This document shows, one piece after another, positions 36,543 through 49,240 of a stretch of DNA of 64,000 nucleotides (positions are counted from its first letter, which is position 1; each line of letters begins with the position of its first letter). The notes beneath the pieces were generated by a model, which did no database searches, had not been told where the DNA came from, and worked only from the letters and a program-made list of their open reading frames with translations. Source of the stretch: Pirellulales bacterium (GTDB taxonomy: Bacteria > Planctomycetota > Planctomycetia > Pirellulales > UBA1268); contig JAFMIU010000004.1 of assembly GCA_017853835.1 (NCBI GenBank), forward strand, positions 15,143 through 79,142. The letters run 5' to 3'. Position numbers and translations under genes: made by a program.

Positions 36543-38910
36543 GTGAAGCGTGTGGGTTCGTTGGCAGTTGTGGCGGTGGGGCTCATCGTGTCCGTCGGAG
36601 CGGTCTGCTTCGGGGAAACCCTGTCGCTCGATGCCGGGTGGCGTTTTCACGTCGGTGACGATGCGGCCGCCAAGGAGGTCTCGTTTGACGATGCCTCGTG
36701 GGCTGCCGTGAACGTGCCCCACGACTGGGCCATCGCCGGACCGTTCGACGAACATCACGCCAGCAGCCGGGAGGGTGCTTTTCTGCCGACCGGGGTGGCC
36801 TGGTATCGCCGCCGGCTGGAGATTCCGAGGGCGGGCCGTCGGCAGTCGCGTGGCAGTCGAGTTTGACGGCGTGATGGCCAACAGCGACGTCTGGATCAAC
36901 GGCATTCAACTTGGTCATCGGCCCAACGGCTACGTGACGTTTCGCTACGACCTGACCGACCACCTCCGCGCGGACGGCGACACCATCCTGGCCGTGCGGA
37001 CCGACACCTCCCAGCAGGTCGCATCGCGGTGGTACACCGGATCAGGCATCTACCGGCATGTGCGGCTGATCGTGAGTGATGCCGTGCATGTCGAGCCGTG
37101 GGGCGTGTTCGTCACCACGCCGGAGGTCTCGGCCGATCGCGCGGTGGTGGCCGTGACCACCACCATGGTGAATGAGGGCGACGGAGCGCGGACCGTCACG
37201 CTGCGCACCACGGTCGAATCGCCGTCCGGTGATCTCCTCGCCACGTCCGACGCGCCCCTGATCGTCGAGCCCGGGACATCACGCACCGTGGAGCAGTCGC
37301 TCGCGGTCGACCGGCCGGACCGGTGGGAGATCGACCATCCCGTCCTCCACGCCGTTCACACCGAGGTGCTCGATGGCGATCGGACGATCGATCAGGAGCG
37401 CACCCGCTTCGGGATTCGTCATGCGGAGTTTCGTGCCGACACCGGGTTCTGGTTGAACGGCCGAAACCTGAAGCTCAAGGGGGTGTGCGTGCACCACGAC
37501 GGCGGTGCGGTCGGGGCAGCTGTCCCGCTTGACGTGTGGCGTCGGCGATTCCAACGGCTGAAGGAGCTCGGCGTGAACGCGATCCGAACGGCTCACAACC
37601 CACCGTCACCCGAGTTTCTCGACCTCTGCGACGACATGGGCATCCTCGTGATGGACGAGTTTTTCGATTGCTGGACGGTGCGGAAGCGACGGTTTGACTA
37701 CCACCTCCACTTCAAGGAGTGGTCGCACCGCGACCTGGCCGACGCCGTTCGGCGGGATCGCAACCATCCGTCGGTGATCCTCTACAGCGTGGGCAACGAG
37801 ATCCACGACACGCCCAAGCCCGACCTCGCCAAGGGGATCCTCGCGGGTCTGGTCGAGGTGTGTCATGCCAACGATCCCACCCGCCCGGTCACGCAGGGGC
37901 TGTTTCGTCCGAACGTCAGCCACGACTACGACAACGGCCTCGCCGACATGCTCGACGTGATCGGCACCAACTACCGCGACGCCGAACTCCTGAAGGCATG
38001 GCGCGACAAGCCGAGCCGCAAGATCGTGGGCACGGAGCAACGGCATGAACTCGAAACCTGGCTCCACTGTCGCGACAACCCGCAGCACTCCGGGCAGTTT
38101 CTCTGGGTGGGCATCGACTACCTCGGCGAGTCGCCACGCTGGCCGGTGACGACGTTCAATGCCGGGTTGATCGATCGCGCCGGCTTTGTGGAGCCGCGTG
38201 GGCGGCAGCGGCAGAGCTGGTGGGCCGAGATCCCGATGGTGGCGGCGTTTCGCCGGATCGCCCGCACACCCGACGCTCCGGTCGATCCGGGCTATGAGGT
38301 GGTGGAGTGGGACCGCCGGCAGGTGCTGTTTTCCGACTGGAATCCCGATGGCGCATCACCGGGCGAGCAGGCCGTCGAGGTCTACAGCAACTGCGACGCC
38401 GTGGAACTGGTGCTGAACGGCACGTCGCTGGGAGTGAGGGAGAAGCCGGCGAACGACTCCCCGCGCACGTGGAAGGTTCCCTATGCACCGGGCACCCTCA
38501 CGGCGATCGGATCCAACGACGGCCGCGAGGTGTGCCGTGACGAACTCCACACGGCAGGCCCGCCGGCGGCGATGCACTTGGCCGTTGATCGCGAGCAGGT
38601 GGCACCTGACTGGGACGAACTGGCTCACGTGGAGCTGACGATCGTCGATGCCGAGGGCCGCCGCGTGCCCGGGGCGGATCATGGGCTCACCTTCACGGTG
38701 GACGGCCCGGGGCGCATCGTGGCGGTCGACAACGCCTCGATTGCGAGCCACGAGCCGTTTCAGGCGGATCACCGCAGCGCGTTTCATGGTCGCTGCCTCG
38801 TCATGCTGGCCGCCACGGCCGACACCGGATCGATCCGGCTGACGGCGGCAGCCGAGGGACTTCCCGAGGCGACGGTAACCCTCGAGGCGGTGCCGTCGGC
38901 GACCCGATAG
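36543..38910 (+). pseudogene. glycoside hydrolase family 2 (beta-galactosidase-like), apparent +1 frameshift near 36822-36845
   Basis: ORF 36543..36866 carries the signal peptide and the GH2 N-terminus (LDAGWRFHVGDD, VPHDWAI, GVAWYRRRLEIP). The next conserved block (VAVEFDGVMANSDVWINGIQLGHRPNGY...) is in ORF 36775..38910, one frame over. The junction is at GGGCGGGCC. Confidence 0.75.
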
Positions 38911-38918
38911 GGCGACCG

Positions 38919-39434
38919 TCACGTGTGCTCGCCGATGGTCTCACCCGGATCGAGGCGATGCCGTGCCATCGCTTCGGCGAAGAGGCGGGCGCGAGCGAGG
39001 TCGCGTGCGTCGGGATGGTGACGATTGAGGCCTCCTGCAAGCCAGAGAGGGCCCCACGTATCAAATCCACGGCATGAAAACTCCCCGACCAGCCGCGTGC
39101 CCTTGCGGGAGAGTGCCTGCTTCACGGGCCAGTGCCAGAGTGGCGACAGCACGGGCAGACCCGACGTGGTGAACACAAACACCCTCAGTGGCGAGCCGAC
39201 GCCGGCAGGCATGCCGTCAACCCACTGCATCACCGAAGGGTGAACCCGGCCGTAGTACACGCCCGACCCGATTCCCAGCAGCGGTCGATCGCGAAGCCGC
39301 TCGTAGGGGCAGCGTTCGGGGACGACCACCTCCGCATGAAGCACCTCGGCCATCGCGTCGGCCACGGCCGACGTGTTGTGATGATGGATCGAGGTGCAGA
39401 CCAGCAGCGGGCAGGGCGTCGTCGGCGTGATCAT
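38919..39434 (-). CDS. flavodoxin-like fold protein
   Basis: 171 aa from the internal ATG 39434: LLVCTSIHHHNTSAVADAMAEVL...GIGSGVYYG...VFVFTTSG. The upstream 34 codons of the tracked ORF are the reverse reading of the tRNA gene. Confidence 0.6.
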   Translation of the reverse strand: MITPTTPCPLLVCTSIHHHNTSAVADAMAEVLHAEVVVPERCPYERLRDRPLLGIGSGVYYGRVHPSVMQWVDGMPAGVGSPLRVFVFTTSGLPVLSPLWHWPVKQALSRKGTRLVGEFSCRGFDTWGPLWLAGGLNRHHPDARDLARARLFAEAMARHRLDPGETIGEHT

Positions 39435-39455
39435 GAAGGATTCTACGCCACTGAG

Positions 39456-39542
39456 CGGATGGGGTGGGATTCGAACCCACGAGCCGCTTTCGCGACTGCC
39501 GGTTTTCAAGACCGGTGCATTCAACCGCTCTGCCACCCATCC
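39456..39542 (-). tRNA. tRNA-Ser (anticodon UGA)
   Basis: Folded by hand: acceptor GGATGGG/CCCATCC, 3-bp D stem, anticodon stem CCGGT/ACCGG with loop CTTGAAA, long variable arm, T arm GTGGG-TTCGAAT-CCCAC, discriminator G. No encoded CCA. Confidence 0.9.
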
Positions 39543-39792
39543 AAATCAAGTCCATCGCCATACGGGGGCGACCAACCCCAGGATTGTGCCGCATCGGAAT
39601 CACGAGGGCCAGACGGGTCAAAAACCGAGGGCATGGCCATGCCCTCCCCGACCGCGCCATGACATGCCTGCTCGCCCCGCGGCCGACGTCCCGGAAAACC
39701 CCGCCCCTCGGCGGTAGAATCGGATGGCTTTGACGGAGATCGGGGGAGTTTCTACAGTTCCGGCTTCCCCGCACACCTCACAGGAACACTCC

Positions 39793-39990
39793 ATGGGCGG
39801 CATCAGCAACCGGATGAAGGAAGTTAAGCGTCGGCGTCATCGCAAGCAGAAGCTCGCGAAGATGGAGACGAAGCTCAAGAAGGCCACCACCAGCGAGAAG
39901 CTGGCCATGGCCGAAAAGCTCCGCAAGATGACCACCGGCTGCGACGGCCTCATCGCCCGCATGGGCCTCGAAGACCGCAAGCGCGGCTGA
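39793..39990 (+). CDS. small highly basic hypothetical protein (65 aa)
   Basis: MGGISNRMKEVKRRRHRKQKLAKMETKLKKATTSEKLAMAEKLRKMTTGCDGLIARMGLEDRKRG. Good codon bias. No family recognised. Confidence 0.5.
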   Translation: MGGISNRMKEVKRRRHRKQKLAKMETKLKKATTSEKLAMAEKLRKMTTGCDGLIARMGLEDRKRG

Positions 39991-40035
39991 GAACGGCGAG
40001 CCGTCGCCCCCACCTGCGGATTCAGCGGCTCGTGA

Positions 40036-42681
<2,646 letters not shown>

Positions 42682-42807
42682 GGCTGCTCCTCCTGGTCGT
42701 CAATCCCGATGGACAACGGGGCAGGCTCTCCACCCTCCCGCGGCTCGATGCCACGGGTGGTCGGAATGCCTGCCCCTGCCGTACGTCGGTGTGTGAATCC
42801 TGTTCGG

Positions 42808-44724
42808 TCAGGCGTCTTTCTTCACCTCAAACTCTGCGTCGATCGCGTCGTCGGCGGCACCCTTCCCCGCGGCACCGGCCTCACCGGCGCCGGCAGCGGC
42901 CTGGCCCGCCGAGGCTTCGTAGAGCACCTTCGAGAGGGCATGGGCCGCCTGCTCGAGGGCGTCGTGAGCCGAGTTGATGGCATCGACATCCTCGCCCTTG
43001 GCCATTTCACGTGCCTTGGCGATGGCCGCCTCGAGCGGCGCCTTGTCGGAGGCCGACAACTTGGCGTCGTTCTCCTTGATCGTCTTTTCCGTCTGGAAGC
43101 AGAGCGCCTCGGCGCGATTGCGAGCCTCGGCGACGCGGAACTTCCGCTTGTCTTCCTCGGCATGGCTTTCGGCATCCTGCCGCATCCGCTCGATCTCGGC
43201 CTCGTTGAGGCCGCTCGACTGCTCGATGCGGACGTTCTGCTCCTTGTTGGATCCGAGATCCTTGGCGCTCACGTTGAGGATGCCGTTGGCATCGATGTCA
43301 AACTTCACCTCGATCTGGGGCGTGCCGCGGGGGGCCGCGGGAATGCCCTCGAGGTTGAACTGTCCGAGCAGCCGGTTGTCGCGGGCCATCGGTCGCTCAC
43401 CCTGGTAGACGCTCACGGTCACGGCCGTCTGGTTGTCGGCGGCGGTGCTGAACACCTGCTTCCGCTCGGTCGGGACGGTGGTGTTGCGTTCCACGAGCTT
43501 CGTGAAGATGCCCCCCTCCGTCTCGATGCCAAGCGACAGCGGGGTGACGTCGAGCAGGAGCACGTCCTGCACGTCGCCGCCGAGCACGCCTCCCTGGATC
43601 GCCGCGCCGAGCGCCACGACCTCGTCGGGGTTCACGCCTTTGTGGGGCTCCTTCGAGAAGATCTTCTTGACGAGCTCCTGCACCTTCGGAATGCGGGTCG
43701 AGCCGCCGACGAGCACGACCTCGTCGATCTCCGACGGCTTGAGCTTCGCGTCTTCGAGCGCCTTGAGCACGGGGCCGCGGCATCGCTCGATCAGGCTGTC
43801 GGTGAGCTGCTCGAACTGCGACCGGCTGATCGACATCTGGAGGTGCTTGGGGCCGGTGGCATCGGCCGTGATGAACGGCAGGTTCACGTCGCTGCTCTGG
43901 GCGCTCGACAGCTCCTTCTTGGCCTTTTCGCAGGCCTCCTGGAGCCGCTGCATGGCCATCGGATCCTTGCGGAGATCGATTCCCTGCTCCCGCTGAAACT
44001 GATCCGCCACATGGTTGATGAGGGCCTGATCGAAGTCGTCGCCACCAAGGTGGGTGTCGCCGTTGGTGCTGATCACCTGAAACACGCCGTCCTTCGAGAC
44101 GTCGAGCACCGACACGTCGAATGTGCCGCCACCGAGATCGAACACGACGATCTTCTCGTCCTTCTTCTTATCGAGGCCGTAGGCCAGCGCGGCCGCGGTC
44201 GGCTCGTTCACGATCCGGCTGACTTCGAGGCCGGCGATCTGCCCCGCGTCTTTCGTGGCCTGCCGCTGGGCGTCGTTGAAATAGGCCGGAACGGTGATGA
44301 CCGCCTTGTTGACCTTGTGGCCGAGGTAGGCCTCGGCGGACTCCTTGAGCGCCCGGAGCACCTTTGCGGAGATCTCCGGCGGCGTGAACTCCTTGTCGCC
44401 GGCCTTGACCTTCACATAGTCCTCGGGACCGCCGACGACCTCGTAGGGAACCATCTTCTCCTCGCCGCCCACCTCGTTGTGGCGACGGCCCATGAACCGC
44501 TTGATCGAATAGATCGTGCGCTTCGGGTTGGTCACGGCCTGCCGACGGGCGATGTCGCCCACGAGCGTCTCGCCCTTGTCGTTGAAGGCCACCACGCTGG
44601 GGGTCAGCCGATTGCCTTCCTTGTTGGCGATGACCTTGGGCTCCTTGCCCTCCATGACGGCCACGACCGAGTTGGTGGTGCCGAGGTCGATACCGATGAT
44701 CTTTTCGCCCTGCTTGGTTGCCAT
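42808..44724 (-). CDS. dnaK: molecular chaperone DnaK (Hsp70)
   Basis: [23 protein letters not shown]..., [10 protein letters not shown], 638 aa from the internal ATG 44724. The tracked ORF's 89 upstream codons are not Hsp70-like. Confidence 0.95.
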   Translation of the reverse strand: MATKQGEKIIGIDLGTTNSVVAVMEGKEPKVIANKEGNRLTPSVVAFNDKGETLVGDIARRQAVTNPKRTIYSIKRFMGRRHNEVGGEEKMVPYEVVGGPEDYVKVKAGDKEFTPPEISAKVLRALKESAEAYLGHKVNKAVITVPAYFNDAQRQATKDAGQIAGLEVSRIVNEPTAAALAYGLDKKKDEKIVVFDLGGGTFDVSVLDVSKDGVFQVISTNGDTHLGGDDFDQALINHVADQFQREQGIDLRKDPMAMQRLQEACEKAKKELSSAQSSDVNLPFITADATGPKHLQMSISRSQFEQLTDSLIERCRGPVLKALEDAKLKPSEIDEVVLVGGSTRIPKVQELVKKIFSKEPHKGVNPDEVVALGAAIQGGVLGGDVQDVLLLDVTPLSLGIETEGGIFTKLVERNTTVPTERKQVFSTAADNQTAVTVSVYQGERPMARDNRLLGQFNLEGIPAAPRGTPQIEVKFDIDANGILNVSAKDLGSNKEQNVRIEQSSGLNEAEIERMRQDAESHAEEDKRKFRVAEARNRAEALCFQTEKTIKENDAKLSASDKAPLEAAIAKAREMAKGEDVDAINSAHDALEQAAHALSKVLYEASAGQAAAGAGEAGAAGKGAADDAIDAEFEVKKDA

Positions 44725-44826
44725 TGCTGAATCCCCTTTCTGGTGTGCGGGAGTGGTCGCCGCGCCGCCGTGCCCCGGGCCTTGCCCGAGCCATTTTTGG
44801 CCGTTGAACCTGTGCCATCTCCGGAA

Positions 44827-44843
44827 ATGCAAAGCCCGTGCCA
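44827..44843 (-). promoter_or_regulatory. sigma-54 (-24/-12)-type promoter match upstream of dnaK
   Basis: On the dnaK strand this reads TGGCACGGGCTTTGCAT, an exact fit to TGGCAC-N5-TTGC(A/T). The last base is 102 nt upstream of the dnaK ATG. Confidence 0.35.
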
Positions 44844-45020
44844 TCAGGTGGGATGCCGACGTCATCGTGACGCCGTGAAACGGCGGTGGCACGAGAAACC
44901 GGAAAATGACCGTATTTACGCCGCCCGTCGTGACGGTACAGTTGGGGAAAACTCCGTCGGATTCCACGGCCGATCCCGACGGGCCTGCCATTTTGGCCGT
45001 TGCCCCTCACGGCAGCATCC

Positions 45021-46142
45021 ATGGCGCATTCCGGGTCTTCGCACGAATCGGCAGGCGACGGCGGTCGACGCCCCACACTCGCCCAGCTGCGATCAAAAAT
45101 CGACAAGCTCGATCGTCAGCTCGTCGGCCTGATGAACGACCGTGCCGAGGTCGCCCGGCAGATCGGGCACGTGAAGCAGTCGACCGGGCAGGTCACCTAC
45201 GACCCCTCGCGTGAAGAGACGGTTCTCGAGCGGGTGGCGTCGTCCAACGAGGGGCCGCTCTCCGACGAGAGCCTGAAGGCGGTCTTTCGCGAACTCATCA
45301 GCGGCTCCCGGGCGATCGAACAGCACCTCCGGGTGGCACACCTCGGCCCGGCCTGGACCTACAGCCATCTCGCCGCCCTGCACCGCTTCGGAAGCGCCGT
45401 CGATTTCGTGCCCGTGGCGAGCATCTCGGCCGCCTTCGAGGAGGTGCAGGCCGGCCACTCCCACTACGGGGTCGTGCCACTGGAAAATTCCACCGATGGT
45501 CGCATCGCCGACACGCTCGACAACCTGTCGCGGCTCCCCGTGAAGATCTGTGCCGAGGTCCCGCTGCGGATTCATCACACACTGCTCGCCACCGGCGACC
45601 GATCGGCGATCAAGGAGGTCTACAGCCGTCCGCAGGCCCTCTCGCAGTGCCGCAACTGGCTCGCACGGCACCTTCCCGCGGCACGGCTCGTCGAGGTGAC
45701 GAGCACGGCCGTGGCCGCTGAGACCGCCGCCAAAAAGCCCGATGCCGCCGCGATCGCGAGCCGTCAGGCCGGCGTGCACTACGGGCTCTCCGTGCTCGCC
45801 GAAAACATCGAAGATCTCGCCGGCAACACCACGCGGTTTGCCGTCATCGGGCACGCCGATGCCAGCCGCACCGGCAAGGACAAGACCGCGCTGATGTTTG
45901 AGATCGAGCACAAGCCGGGCGGTCTCGCCGACGCCCTGTCGATTCCCAAACGGCAAAAACTCAACCTCACCTGGATCGAGTCGTTTCCGATGCCTGGTGA
46001 AATCGGTGGCTACATCTTCTTCGTGGAACTCGAAGGGCATCGAGCCGACCTTCGCGTCCGACGAGCGATCGCCTCGCTGGAAAAGCGGTGCAAGCGAGTG
46101 GTGGTGCTCGGCTCCTATGCTGCCGCCGCCGCAGTGGGCTGA
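45021..46142 (+). CDS. pheA: bifunctional chorismate mutase / prephenate dehydratase (P-protein)
   Basis: CM helix (LRSKIDKLDRQLVGLMNDRAEVARQIG), PDT domain (VAHLGPAWTYSHLAA, TRF) and ACT domain (TALMFEIEHKPGGLADAL). Confidence 0.9.
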   Translation: MAHSGSSHESAGDGGRRPTLAQLRSKIDKLDRQLVGLMNDRAEVARQIGHVKQSTGQVTYDPSREETVLERVASSNEGPLSDESLKAVFRELISGSRAIEQHLRVAHLGPAWTYSHLAALHRFGSAVDFVPVASISAAFEEVQAGHSHYGVVPLENSTDGRIADTLDNLSRLPVKICAEVPLRIHHTLLATGDRSAIKEVYSRPQALSQCRNWLARHLPAARLVEVTSTAVAAETAAKKPDAAAIASRQAGVHYGLSVLAENIEDLAGNTTRFAVIGHADASRTGKDKTALMFEIEHKPGGLADALSIPKRQKLNLTWIESFPMPGEIGGYIFFVELEGHRADLRVRRAIASLEKRCKRVVVLGSYAAAAAVG

Positions 46143-46249
46143 TCGCTGTCGCGACGACGTGGAGCCGACGAGGGCGTGCTGGCCCACCGAGTGCTTGGCC
46201 TGGGGGGCGCGGGTGGTGATACTCGTCTCATCTCAGGGGAGGCTGGCAG

Positions 46250-48418
46250 ATGCGATCCGTCATCGGCCCACGCGCTCGTCGTCATCGGCCGATCACACGC
46301 GGTGGAGGCCCCGTGTGCGCGCTGATGCTGGCGGCGCTGTGTGGATCGGCGTCGCAGGCGGCCCCCTCCATTCGCGTCGTGCCGGGCGAAGAGATGAACA
46401 TCGACACCACGGGCATCGTGGTCACGCAGGCCACGAACTCCTGGCGCATCACCACGCCCATGCGGGATGACAACGGCAACGCCAGCCTGGGGACGAGTTT
46501 TCGGCGGTGGTGGCACTTTGCGGTCGACGGCCTCAACGCCGCCACCGGCTCCACGCTCGACTTCTCGGTGACCAAGGCGGGCTACACCGACGCGATCACA
46601 CCGGTGTGGAGCCTCGATGGCGGACAGACCTACGCTCGCATCCCCGGCGTTCTTCCCACCTACTCCTCGTCCAGCCAGACCCAGTCGTTCACGATCACGA
46701 CTCCACCCGGGGTGACGTCGATTCGGCTTGCCAAATACTTCCCCTACACGATCGGCATGAACGATCGGTTTCGGGCGTCGGTGGCCGGCAGCCCCTTCGT
46801 TCGCGAGGAGGTGATCGGCCACTCGGCACAGGGGCGCTCCATCGTGATGCAAACGCTGACCGATTCCTCCGTGCCCGACGCCGGCAAGGAGCGGGTGTGG
46901 ATCCATGCGGCGGTGCATCCCTCGGAGACCCCCGCCTCATTTACGGCGGAGGGCATCGTCACCTGGCTCACGGGCGGCAGCGACGAGGCACGGACGCTGC
47001 TCGGGCACACGATCTTCAACGTCGTGACGATGGCCAACCCCGACGGTGTGGCCCTCGGCAACTACCGCACGACCTCCACGAGCGTGAACCTCGAGACGCA
47101 ATGGGGGGCCCCGTATACCTCGACCGTGCCCGAGATCGTCGCGCTTCGGAGCAAAATCGAGGAGTTCATGGGGACGGCCGCTGCGCCGGGGGCCAATCCG
47201 ATCACGATGCTCCTCAATCTCCATGCCTCCCATAACGAGACCTATCCGTTTCATTTCGTGCACGCGGCCGGGTATCCAACCGCCGGGGTCACTCCCGCGG
47301 TGCGCGCCCTGGAAGATCGTTGGGTGAGTGCGTTCAAAGACACCAGCTCGTTCGGGGCCCTGCGAACGACCGATCCCGTGTCGACGCTCGCGGGAAGAAA
47401 CTACGTCGAATCGATGATGAACGATCGCTACTCGACCAACCCGGCCTGGAAGCCGGTGATGGCGATCACGCTCGAGGGGGGCTATCAGGCCGGTCCCGTG
47501 GCGGGCGTTCCCAACACGCCCGACGACTATCGCCAGATGGGCACCGACATGGGATCGGCGATCGCCGATTTCTACGGCGTCGATCTTCGCCCGATCACGG
47601 TCATGGTGGCTGCCGGACAGTCGCTCAGCCAGACGGCGGCCGGTCATGCCACGCTCGCCGGCACGCTTCCCGCGCGGAAAACCGGGGCCGGCACGCTCCT
47701 GCTCGACGCCGCCAACACCATCAGCGGGTCGACGGTCATCCAGCAGGGGACGCTCCGCCTGCTGCACCCGCTGGCCCTCGTCTCCAGCACGGTCTCGACG
47801 CTCACCGGCGGAACGCTTTCCCTCGCGCCGGGGCTGCATGCCTCGGTGGGCGGTCTCAAGCCGCTCGCCGGCGGCAGCATCGACGTGGGCACCGGTGTCC
47901 TCACGGTACGGGGCGGACTGTCGCCGGCCAGCCTCGTGGCCGCACTCCTGACGGGACGAGGCGACGGGACGTGGAATGGCTCCACGGGCATCGTGTCGTC
48001 GGCGGTGGCGGATGATCTCCGCCGAGGAGTGATCCGCACGATCGGCTGGGTGGACCATGGCGACGGCAGCGTGGCATTTGGCTATGCAGCGCCAGGCGAC
48101 ACCGATCTCGACGGCATGGTCGATCTGCTCGACGTGGCGGCGGTCGTTGGAAGCGGAAAGTTCAACAGCGGGATGCCCGCGGTGTGGGCCGAAGGCGACT
48201 TCAACGAAGACGGCCTGCTCGACCTGCTTGACCTGGCGGAGTTCGCATCGGCGGACGTGTTGAACACGGGGCCGTATGCGTCGGCCTTCTCGGGCGTGGT
48301 CGCCGTTCCCGAACCAGGTGGGCTCCGGGTCGTGTGGCTCGGGATGGCCGCGTGGATCACGCGGCTCGTTCGCAGGCGGTCATCTGGTCATCCCTCCCGC
48401 TCAATGCCGCTGGTGTAG
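46250..48418 (+). CDS. M14-family zinc carboxypeptidase fused to PATR/dockerin-like/PEP-CTERM cassette
   Basis: Signal peptide, N-terminal beta-sandwich (RRWWHFAV), M14 motifs (WIHAAVHPSE, MANPDG, NLHAS), then KTGAGTLLL..., GDTDLDGMVDLLD, GDFNEDGLLDLLD and VPEPGGL...RLVRRR. Confidence 0.85.
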   Translation: MRSVIGPRARRHRPITRGGGPVCALMLAALCGSASQAAPSIRVVPGEEMNIDTTGIVVTQATNSWRITTPMRDDNGNASLGTSFRRWWHFAVDGLNAATGSTLDFSVTKAGYTDAITPVWSLDGGQTYARIPGVLPTYSSSSQTQSFTITTPPGVTSIRLAKYFPYTIGMNDRFRASVAGSPFVREEVIGHSAQGRSIVMQTLTDSSVPDAGKERVWIHAAVHPSETPASFTAEGIVTWLTGGSDEARTLLGHTIFNVVTMANPDGVALGNYRTTSTSVNLETQWGAPYTSTVPEIVALRSKIEEFMGTAAAPGANPITMLLNLHASHNETYPFHFVHAAGYPTAGVTPAVRALEDRWVSAFKDTSSFGALRTTDPVSTLAGRNYVESMMNDRYSTNPAWKPVMAITLEGGYQAGPVAGVPNTPDDYRQMGTDMGSAIADFYGVDLRPITVMVAAGQSLSQTAAGHATLAGTLPARKTGAGTLLLDAANTISGSTVIQQGTLRLLHPLALVSSTVSTLTGGTLSLAPGLHASVGGLKPLAGGSIDVGTGVLTVRGGLSPASLVAALLTGRGDGTWNGSTGIVSSAVADDLRRGVIRTIGWVDHGDGSVAFGYAAPGDTDLDGMVDLLDVAAVVGSGKFNSGMPAVWAEGDFNEDGLLDLLDLAEFASADVLNTGPYASAFSGVVAVPEPGGLRVVWLGMAAWITRLVRRRSSGHPSRSMPLV

Positions 48419-48523
48419 GCGTGGCGAGCCGAGGAGTACACTCCCTGGTCGGGAGGGTGCGGGATGTCATGCATCGCACCGCTCCCGACGATGGCGGCGA
48501 AGCATTCGCAGAGGAGTGGTGCC

Positions 48524-49240
48524 ATGGCAGCAACCTGGTACATCGGGAAGAACGGCAAGCAGTCGGGCCCCTTCACGGGAACGCAGGTGCGGGAGATGGC
48601 GGCCGTCGGCGATCTCACGCCGACCGATCTCGTCTGGAAGGAGGGCATGGCCGACTGGGTGGCCGCCGGCACTCTCAAGGGGCTCTTTGACGCGGGTGCC
48701 CCGTCCGTGGCACCGCCACCTCCACATCGGAAATTTGCCCCGCCGACCGGGATCGACATTCCACTCACCTTCGACACCACTCGCCAGGCAGGCCCGCTTC
48801 ACTACGCGGACTACCTGCCACGCGTTGGAGCATCGCTGCTCGACGCACTGTTCACCGGGCTCATGGGGTGCGTTCCGTGGTTTGTGCTGGTGTTCCTCGC
48901 CATGGTGATGGCAGGCGACAACCCAGACACGCGGGAGGGGCTCTCGGTGGTTGCAAACTGCGTGAGCCAACTGGTGTCGTTCGTCATCGGCATCACCTAT
49001 TACGTCGTCCTCGAGACGTCACCCAAGCAGGGCACCTGGGGCAAGCAGATCGTCGGGATCAAGGTGGCCGACATCCACGGCAATCGTCTCACGACCGGCC
49101 GGGCGGTCGGCCGCTACGTCGCCAAGATGGTGAACTTGTTCACCTGCGGTATCGGCCTCCTCATGCCGCTGTTCACGGAGCGGAAGCAGACGCTCCACGA
49201 CATGATCGCCGGATGTGTCGCCCTGAAAGCGGAATCATGA
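48524..49240 (+). CDS. GYF_2 (DUF4339)-domain + RDD-family membrane protein
   Basis: WYIGKNGKQSGPFTGTQVREMAAVGDLTPTDLVWKEGMADWVAAGTL is the GYF_2 pattern. C-terminal RDD-like TM region (RVGASLLDAL...WGKQIVGIKV...TLHDMIAG). Confidence 0.75.
   Translation: MAATWYIGKNGKQSGPFTGTQVREMAAVGDLTPTDLVWKEGMADWVAAGTLKGLFDAGAPSVAPPPPHRKFAPPTGIDIPLTFDTTRQAGPLHYADYLPRVGASLLDALFTGLMGCVPWFVLVFLAMVMAGDNPDTREGLSVVANCVSQLVSFVIGITYYVVLETSPKQGTWGKQIVGIKVADIHGNRLTTGRAVGRYVAKMVNLFTCGIGLLMPLFTERKQTLHDMIAGCVALKAES

Noticed and set aside
39435-39536. N-terminal 34 codons (MAERLNAPVLKTGSRESGSWVRIPPHP...) of ORF 38919..39536.
   Set aside because: This stretch is simply the reverse translation of the tRNA-Ser gene. The flavodoxin-like protein starts at ATG 39434.
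44725-45020. Searched the dnaK upstream region for a CIRCE/HrcA operator or a sigma-32-type promoter.
   Set aside because: No TTAGCACTC-N9-GAGTGCTAA-like inverted repeat and no CTTGAAA...CCCCAT arrangement were seen by eye. Only the sigma-54-like match and the repeated CCATTTTGGCCGTTG motif were found, and these are reported separately.
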